From assembly GCA_012295275.1 (NCBI GenBank), contig CM022679.1, forward strand, positions 23,188,001 to 23,252,000: DNA of 64,000 nt. The letters are read 5' to 3'. The notes beneath the pieces were generated by a model. It saw only the letters and a list, made by a program, of their open reading frames with translations, had not been told where the DNA came from and did no database searches. This DNA comes from Chrysomallon squamiferum (Eukaryota > Animalia > Mollusca). Numbering within the stretch: the first letter of the stretch is position 1; each line of letters opens with the position of its first letter. Positions 54,395 to 64,000 of this stretch are shown here, piece after piece. The translations under genes were made by a program, and so were the position numbers.

Positions 54395-55220
54395 TTATTT
54401 ATATAAAGTCGATATTTACACACCTGTAATAATATAAACCGTATTATAATTCAAATGTGTATACCATTTAGTAGTTAACAATTACCAGTAACGTTTATAA
54501 ACATGTAAGATATATACGTAAATTGTTTTGTATATATATATATGAATATCATATTTATTAATTTCGGCCAATGTAAATAATACACCAGTATTACTTAACC
54601 GACAACATTATATCATGATATTATTTATTTATGTATTTAGTTAGTTAGTTAGTTAGTTATATAGATATGTACCTATATATGAACATACAAAATAAAACTG
54701 TCTGTATTTAGGCGATGTACATACAAAACTGACCGAAAAGTTAGTGAAAAAAACTTTGCGTTGCTTTTTAAAATGACTTCTTTTAGGGAAAACCGTCTTG
54801 ATAATTGTTGTTTTCTTTTGAGAATTTTGTGTTGTTTTATTTTTAGCGTAATTATTATTATTGTAATTATTTTTCCTTATTAATTTTCTTACTTTATTAA
54901 GATTAATGATGATCGTAAAAAAATGTATGAGAATATTAATAAAATTAAAAAAAAAAAATGGTTTAACGCATAAGTACGAACAACCGAAAGTCATTTCCTT
55001 TGTCTTTATGTTTGTTTCTTTCTGTTTACTTTATATTTTTCTTTACTTTTGTTTTTTTCTTTCCTTATTTATTTATTTACTTGCTATTGATATTTTACTT
55101 CATTACATTATATATATATATCAAATTTCATTATATTTATGAAAAAAAACTAGGCCAGTACAGTTAAGTTAATTAAAAAAATAAACAAAAACAAAAACAA
55201 CAACAAATAAATCGAAACAA

Positions 55221-55261
<41 letters not shown>

Positions 55262-56754
55262 CAACAATAATAATAACAACAACAACAATAATAATAACAA
55301 TAATAAAATAATAATAATAATAATACTAATACTACTAACTACTACTACTACTACTAATAATAATAATAATAATAATTATTATTATTATTATAATTATAAT
55401 AATAACAACAACAATAAATAAATAAATGAATAAATAAATAAATAAAAGCCAGTCATCGAAATATGAAAGTTATCTGAATTAGGATTACAAGCTGGATCTG
55501 CTAGTTTTAAAATAATGTTGTTTTCGTTTGTTCCGAACGCGCCTGACTAATTGAAACCTTCAACAAAATGAATAATTAATAGAGTGTGTTCCGTAATGGA
55601 AAATCTTGTTTTAGAACAGTCTGTAACCTTTTTATTTATGTATGTTATTTATGTGTGTATGTATATATATGTATGTATGTATTTATTTCTGTGTATGTAT
55701 CTATGTATGTATTTATGTATGTGTGTGTATGTTTGTGTGTGTGTTTATCTGTATGTATGTGTATGAGTATATGTGTTATGTATATATGTATGTGTGTATG
55801 TGTGTATGTAGTTTAGAATTTTGAATATTCTCTGTCTTATGTACGTCTCAATAGACTCTGAACACAGACAATATTCGGGAACGCACTGGCGTAGGAGGAC
55901 AAAGTCCAATCATGAGTTAACAAACCCCGTCAGATGCCGCTGACGAGACTCGAATGTATGGCACCCATTCGCCCGCACTCCGAAGGCGGACGATGCTACC
56001 TTTCGTATATATGTACATTTGTATGTATGTACGTATGTATGTGTATGTTTGTATGTGTGTGTATGTGTGTGTATATATGTATGTATGTATCTATGTATGT
56101 ACATACTGTGTGTATGTGTGTGGGTGCGTGCGTATGTGTGTGTGTGTGTACATGGGAAACTCTGATATGAAAGTAATACCGTTAAATAAACCATGTGTAC
56201 ATTTGAATGCATGAGTACTTTTTGTGCATGTTTATTCGTGCGATCATGCATACCTGCATATTTGTGCATGTGATTAATTACTATTGAATCTACTTGTTGA
56301 AAGACCTCTTTTTATTAGCAGTGTTACCAAAAAGCCAGTATTGTTATTGTATGTTTGATTTATTAAGCAGTGTTTGAGAGTTGAATCGATTACGCGGTAG
56401 TCTTGTGTCAAATAAATGTGATATACAACGTCTTGCTCAAACAGTGTCATTAGCCTGTAATGGAGAAGCTGGTCTCTGCGACCTCAGAGCTTAGCAGTGT
56501 TTGCTAGTTGATAGGACGGGATGACGTAAGAGCAGGCATCGTGTGAAATGTGATTTCTAATGGGCCCTTGGGAAGAATCATTTTTTATTTTATTTTTTAT
56601 TTTTTTTTTTTTTTTTTGTCAATAAAGTTAATGTTGTTGTTGTTGTTGATGATGATGATGATGATGATGATGTTGTTGTTAGTGTTTGTTTATTTGTTTG
56701 TTTGTTTGTTAGTTTTTTTTTTTTTTTTTTTTTTGGGGGATGTTGTTTGTTATT

Positions 56755-56940
56755 TTCCTTAATTACGCACTCGACACATTATTTTATCAACTCTTGTTTG
56801 ACTTTACACAATAATAAAAGGAAACATTCGGCCGAAGTGCGAAGTGTCACTCCTTTTTTTTCTTATTAGCGGTAAAGGATATTTTATGTAAACCTTCCCA
56901 TAGAAAATTCAATAATACACCGGGGTCTTTGATATCCAGT
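56755..56940 (-). mobile_element. Degenerate SINE remnant
   Basis: ACGCACTCGACACATT...ATTAGCGGTAAAGGATATTTTATGTAAACCTTCCCATAGA, same family as 34747. Confidence 0.45.
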
Positions 56941-57254
56941 GCATTTCATCTCAACGGTCTAATCGCTAAAACACCACATTCTCAATTTTATTAAATATTT
57001 GTTATTATACTTGCCACAGTCTTGGGCAGTGATGGAGTTAAATTTAGTGACGTCATGAACTACATAAAGCTTCTAGGCCCTTTATTTGCCAAAATATTTA
57101 TTCCGAATTTCTTGGGGTTTTCTTGAGGGACCGCGGGTTGTGAAGCTTATTTAAGCTTTTGCCTCAGTCCAGCACTGAATACAGACTACAAAACGTATAA
57201 AATATATCAGAATTTTTGTAACGTTTCTGAAATTTTGATAACTGATACCGACAC

Positions 57255-57539
57255 CATGGCCGTAACTACACTGACGCAAATGAGGCAAATGCCTCATACC
57301 AAAATTGACGATTTATATTATTATTATTTTATTTTTTTTCTTCTTAATACAAATTTTTTTATTTAAAAAATAAAAAATATAAATCTCTATTCCGATAGAA
57401 ACGATATCCACTAAATGAATTCGTTTATGTCTATGGTTACCGTTTGAAGTCTACCGACATCGTTGCGATAAAAGACATAAATGACTTCAAAGTAATTAGT
57501 TTTTTGCCTCCTTTCAAAAAGCGTCAAATTACGGCCATG
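57255..57539. mobile_element. Short MITE-like element with inverted termini
   Basis: CATGGCCGTAA...TTACGGCCATG with subterminal inverted TGACGC/GCGTCA and GAGGCAAA/TTTGCCTC; no clear TSD. Confidence 0.65.
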
Positions 57540-59134
57540 GATACTAATAGATAACTGTAAAATAATAGGGTTTCAGTTGTTTTATTTTTAAATTATCTGC
57601 GACAAAAGCAGTGCTTTATTTACAATCTAACAGCGCTTCCCTTTATATTACAAAATGTGAATTTTCATGACTTTCTTGCTAAACCGGTGAACAGAATTAA
57701 TTCTAACAATACCCAACAATTATAATATTGCAATTATGTAATGGATTTATCTGTCACATAAGAAGTAAAATGCTACATTATATACAGTTTGACGGAACAA
57801 AACGCGTTTTATTTAAGAATTTTCATTTCATTTTTTTTTTTTTTTTTTTTTTTTTTTATGGTTTTATTTATATTTTTTTTGTTTAAATAATGAATGGATT
57901 TACGACATCAGGTGCATTTTGTTTGTTTGCAAGCATGTATATACGATATCGTGAATGCATGCATGCGTGCGCGAATTATCAGCATAAGCCTGCGCGGCTT
58001 CTCGAGGAGAGCGCATGTTCTTATAATTTATTAACGAGAGAATATGTTTTGAATGTTATGGGATTATAAAATAACAAAAATGGATTAAATTCTTCTGAGA
58101 GCATTACGAGAATCTTAGGCAGATAATCTTCGCAAGTCAGTGTTTTCTCATTTTTGAAGGTATTCTCCGGTTTCACAGCAGAACTTGATTGATTTCACGT
58201 CAGCAGTTTATCGATTCAGCCTCTATAACTGGCTCTAGAATTTCAAACATTTGTTAACTATCTGATAATCACTGTCACAGACAGTTTAATTCATTTATCA
58301 TTTGTATTTCTTTCTTTTTTCTTTTTCTTTTGTTTTTTGTTGTTCTTCTTTTTCTTCTTTTCAATGGTAATGTTTTATTTTATTTTATTTTATTTTATTT
58401 TATTATTTTTTTTTTGTTATCCACGTTCCAGAGAACAAGATAAGACCAATTTTCAGACAGACAATTTCAGGCAAAAGGACTATTTAGTTTGCATTATAAT
58501 ATTATTTGCAGATATCTAGGTAGGCAGGTTGTTGGGAAAACAGGTGATTAGACTGGCAGATATACCCAAATTACACGGATATACATTTAAATGGACATTT
58601 ATAGACAGATAGACAGACAGATAAATAGATATGGAGAGAGGGAGAAACAAAAATGAGAAACAGATTGAAGGACACTAGATGAAATATATCTGACATTTGG
58701 TAAATGACCCAGGAAATAATGGATTGAGTTATCATGTTTGAAACTAGGTTCAAGAAATTACAATTATTTGGGGAAAACATCCTTAATGGAAAGCTGTTTT
58801 GTACAATTTCTGATTGAGAATTAAATATTTATATTTCAAATGTCGGGAGATTGCTTTTTTAACAATCATTTAGATGTTTTGCTATATATAAATTTTACAT
58901 GTCGCTATGATCAACACAATACTCAGTGTTAAGTCGCTTCATACACCTCCGATTGTCGTGTTTATAACATTACAGTTGCAAACATCATTATGCGCAAATA
59001 TCTATGAATAAAAAAACCCTGAAAAAAAATAATAGAAATTGATTGAATATACATGATATTCACCGTCATATCGTTTAATTCGACAGACTGTATTTTTTAT
59101 GGGTTTTTTATTATTTTATTTATTATTATTATTA

Positions 59135-59183
<49 letters not shown>

Positions 59184-59783
59184 TCTGCGCAAAATTCGTA
59201 CGACGCATTTTGTCGTAACTTTTCAAATTGTAACTCCATTATTTCCTTAACAGCAAGTTGCCAGCTTAACGAGCTAAAGCTTTCAGAAAACGATGGTCCA
59301 CCCTGTATTTGACCTCTTGTTTTGTTTCTTGAGTTACTTACGGCGACAAAACTTTTATTGTTCTTATTACTCCGCGTTTGCAAAAGCCTATTGATTTCTC
59401 ACAAAACGCAAGCGAGAGTCATTTTTATTTCTTTTCGTATTATTGATTCCGAAGATATATTGTGGATCAGTACAATACATTTTTTTTTTTTAATTATTAT
59501 TTTATTTCCCTAAACACAGCGCCATACTCAGGTCGTGTGCTCGAATAACAAATATAGTTTGTTTACAGTCAGAATCAACACGCAGACTATCGATTACCCA
59601 TAAGTTTTGGGAGTGTGAATACGTTTCTGAAAGTGCGCGTGTGTGTAGGCACTCGGGTGACTTCAGAGAGAGAGAGATATGAAGACAGACAGATTGTGAG
59701 CAATCGGTTAATATGTACAAGAAATAGTGAATGGAGGGATAGTCATACATATTGAGAAATAATGAGAGAGAGAGAGAGATAAT

Positions 59784-59893
<110 letters not shown>

Positions 59894-60585
59894 CAGATAA
59901 AATAATTTTGTTCCATCTTCATTTTTCTGTATGAAAATGAGTGAGAGAGATGGGAGAATGAATGAGAAAAAGAATCGATGTGACTGAGTGAGTGAGAAAG
60001 GTAGATAGCTAGATAGACAGACAGACAAACAGCAAACAGAAATCCATAGACAGACAGAATGATAGATGGATAGACAGACAATATCGAAAAACAGACAGAC
60101 AGAGACAGACAGACAGGCATCAAAGTTAATAAATACGCCTCTTTATCCCCATTGGCTAAATGTTGAAATATATGAGATCGGCTAACGCCAATTATTTGTG
60201 AAATATGTTGGTACACATTTCTGTATTTCTTCCCCGTTAAATGCTGCATCCAACCAAGTTTTCTTCAGACAGGTTCCACGACGCCAGAAGTTCTTAAGTT
60301 AAAAGCCTGGATGGTACACTGATCTTGATTTACGGGACTAGACTCATTTAGTTTAAATTCTACTCTTGATTTCAGAAGAAGTAAAATATTTTATACTGGA
60401 TTCATGGTAAAGTAAAGACTCATCGTTCAGTTACTACGTTGTTATAATGTAAATGCACTTTAATATACAACTATTTGATCATGTTCTATGGTCCATTTCT
60501 GTGTAATTATATAGGTGTATTTTCATGTACGAATATATGTATATATATATCTATGTTCTTTATGTTATGTATATTCTGTTGTGAG

Positions 60586-60663
<78 letters not shown>

Positions 60664-60810
60664 AGTTTAAATTTTTAATTTTTATATCAATTTAAATAAA
60701 TAGATTATTTTCCCATAAAAGTATCTCAGTTATGCTAATTTCGTTTTGAAAGTTCTTTGTTAAAATCATAATATACAATCATCATATATACCCATATACA
60801 CATCCATAAC

Positions 60811-60869
<59 letters not shown>

Positions 60870-61169
60870 CAGTTAAAATGACCATAATATTATATGAACT
60901 TCACAGGGTATTTCTTTGTCAATATCATATTGATATTTGACGTTAATTTAACATTAGTTCGTACAACGTCGACAAATAAGTAGGACTGTTTCACTAATTA
61001 GGCCTTATGGGATCTGGTTATGGTTTTAGTAACAATGTCAGTAATTGGTTCGATTCTGAGTAGTTCATTTAAACTTGACATTCGTGTAACAGCTGATACT
61101 TGATATACGCATAATAATACATAGGTACATATGCTTGTATATTAGTGTAAGTAATTAAGTACATACATA

Positions 61170-61876
61170 CAGTGGTACCTTGACTTACGAGTTCAGTTCG
61201 TTCCGTTACCGAGCTCGTAACTCAAATGTGCTCGCATATCAAATCAATTTTTCCAACTGAAATTAATTGAAATACCATTAACCCGTTCTAGTTCCCCCCC
61301 CAAAAAAAAAAAACCACACCAATTTTTTGTAACGTGACAAATATTACTATAAATGACAAATGTATAAAAGCAAAATAAAAGACAATGCAAAAAAATAATT
61401 TGGTTTTGTAAAGTGTACAGGGTTAGGGTTTCTCGATCTTTTCATGGACATTATTTTAGAAATTATTTTAGAAAAGCCTTTATCGACTCCTTCTGCTTCA
61501 GTATGGTACCATATCATAAATGTACTACGCTCGTACTGCCTAACCATGTTGACTATATGCATACCGCGCTCCTGTTTTTCTATGATTTCATGCTTTAATG
61601 CAATGGACATCATCCGCTTCTGTTTTCTAACCATTGTCGTTTGCACTCACGTTCTTAGAATCCATGGAAAGTTTGCAAAATACTGCACAAAACGCGAGCA
61701 CAACCCAACAGAGATGCTTCCACGGCGAGGTAACCTCGTGAAGCAAACGAGTGAGATACGCGATGCTGGGCGGATGATGTGTTGTTCGTTGCGCCAACTA
61801 GCGGCTGCGTATCTGAAGCTCGCTCGTAACTCGGAAAACTCGTAAGTTGGAGCACTCGTAACTCGACGTACCACTG
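61170..61876 (-). mobile_element. Non-autonomous Tigger/pogo element retaining a transposase N-terminal HTH remnant
   Basis: TA|CAGTGGTACCTTGACTTACGAG ... CTCGTAACTCGACGTACCACTG|TA. Minus ORF 61347-61646 (KQKRMMSIALKHEIIEKQERGMHIVNMVRQYERST) resembles the CENP-B/Tigger HTH_psq-type N-terminus. Confidence 0.92.
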
Positions 61877-61927
61877 TATATATATATATCGTATTGAAAT
61901 GAAAGGCTTGTAACTTTATTATTATTA

Positions 61928-61990
<63 letters not shown>

Positions 61991-62355
61991 TATTGTTATT
62001 ATTGATCATTGTATATTATAATGTAATAATTAGTTTGTAAAATCGCCAGAGAAAACTAAACAATCACCTGAGTTTATTTTGGGCTCTTTTATTCGATAAA
62101 TCAAAGATTCTTTGTAATACGCTCTATGAACAGTTTAAATTCATTAATTTCTTTTAGTCTTTCTCATTTTGCTTCCAAAAACGGCAGGGCCATTAAAATT
62201 CATTAACTTAACATGTGACATTTCCAAAAAGTGAACTATTAAAGCAGTAATGTATATTTATGGCTTTCATTTCACGATCATTGATTTTTGTTTTCTACAT
62301 TATTAAAATTTTATTCATAGAAAAATTAAGCTGGAACAAAATTATTTTATCTGAT

Positions 62356-62447
<92 letters not shown>

Positions 62448-62707
62448 GGACATAGTGATGGATAAAAGATGATGATGGTATTGATCTTCGTAATGATGAT
62501 GTATGAGGTGGTTTTGATAACGATGATGATGATGATGTCGGTTATGATTACTATGATAACAAAATAATAAGTTACAATTGCAGTATCCTATTATAAAACA
62601 AATCTAAAAATTGATTTTATTCTAGAGCATTTATATTTATTTTTATTTTTTATTATTTATTTATTTATTTATATATTTTTTTCATTTATATATCACAAAA
62701 GAAGTCG

Positions 62708-62748
<41 letters not shown>

Positions 62749-64000
62749 AGTGTATGTACTGTTAAATGGATTTTGAGAGATCTATTTATCGACGTAGTTT
62801 GTGTTACTTATGGTCCTTTTGTAAAGTTTTAAAGCCGTGAAAAAGTGAGAGCAATGAAGTATACAACAACCATAAACAATAAGAACAAAACCTGTTGTTA
62901 TCCGATTGAAAAAAAAAAAAAAAAAAAAGAAATAGACCATGTAGATATATTACTCCCTGACTCGACTAAAAGCATTCCACTTTGTCTGAAATTGCTCCCC
63001 TTGGAAATAACTTGAAAATTTCAAACAGTGATTCTGATTCCTTCTCTGCGTCAAGCTTAAGAAACGCGTGATATATATTAATGTTATCATTTGTTATCGT
63101 AATTACAATATTAGAACGCTACCAAAAATACTGCACGACGCAGGCCTTGGAATGATGATGATGATGATGATAGGAAGAAGAAGAAAACGTAGGACATGAA
63201 AAGATGATAATTTATATACATCTGTATTTTGAACTATATATATATATTAGTTGTTTTTTTATTTGTTTCTTTTTAGATCATTTTTTTCTTCTTTTTTTTT
63301 CTTTTTTATTGTATTTTATTTTATTTTTATATTTATTTTATTTTATATTTATTTATTTTATTATTATTATTATTTTATTTTTTTTTTTATTTTTTATTTT
63401 TTTTTTTTTTTTTTTTCACTTCACATATTTGTGTTCATATCTTTCTTTTATTTTTATACTTTTGTTTTACTTTTTTCTTCCTTCTTTTTTATCTTTTTTA
63501 TTTTTTGTTTGTTTCTTTCTTTCTTTTTCTTTCTATGTTTAGCAACTACACGCAGATGCTTATTTAATAATTTAGTACTTACATTCTACGTAAATCTATA
63601 AAGCTTTCAGTGTGTTTATATTTTCTAATTCTATTTTTGTTCCTTTGTTCAGCAAGCAGGAACAAAATAGCATCGACATAAATCTTTCACATAAAGTTTG
63701 TTTAAATAACACTAATGTTCTGATACCAATTCAGTCCTGCTTGAATTAATAGGATAATACTTGCGTATGGCAAAGGTATATTTAAATAACTGTAATCTCA
63801 TGCTTTTAAATCGCGTTTTTAATAATACGTTTTGAACTTATGCCTGTAGAGGCCTCTTTATAAAGCATAATAAAAGTCAATCCTATAATCACACGTTTAA
63901 AGTGTTATTTTCGTAATAATTAGAAATAGTTTTAATATGCTGTGAATATTTCTAGTTTAGGTTTTACTTTGTTGTTTTTGCTGTCCAGTTTTAATTAATA

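Overview
AT-rich, microsatellite-dense animal genomic DNA. The 5S rRNA sequence and SINE remnants point to a mollusc, probably a gastropod (inference). Layout: (1) 1-6.5 kb is a ~1.79-kb tandem repeat, each unit with a hAT/Charlie-type MITE and a copy of one small exon. (2) 6.5-16.3 kb has scattered exon-like pieces and Tc1/pogo MITEs, then a 200-N gap. (3) 16.5-50.5 kb holds about three ~12-kb segmental-duplication units with scrambled Tx1/L1-clade LINE debris and two strongly diverged two-exon genes for aegerolysin/Cry34/actinoporin-like proteins ending in a CaaX motif (CVVS). (4) Inserted in the third unit (42266-48821) is a near-identical 2.27-kb tandem array of ~2.9 units. Each unit has a 7SL (SRP) RNA gene, a variant 5S rRNA gene, an unassigned structured segment behind a TATA box, and an intronless 100-aa NON-histone ORF ending in a replication-dependent histone-type 3' stem-loop plus a purine-rich downstream element. 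That cassette is the most notable signal. (5) 51-64 kb has a promoter/first-exon region of an unidentified gene, MITEs and a Tigger derivative. All coordinates and alignments were read by eye; no searches or folding programs were run.
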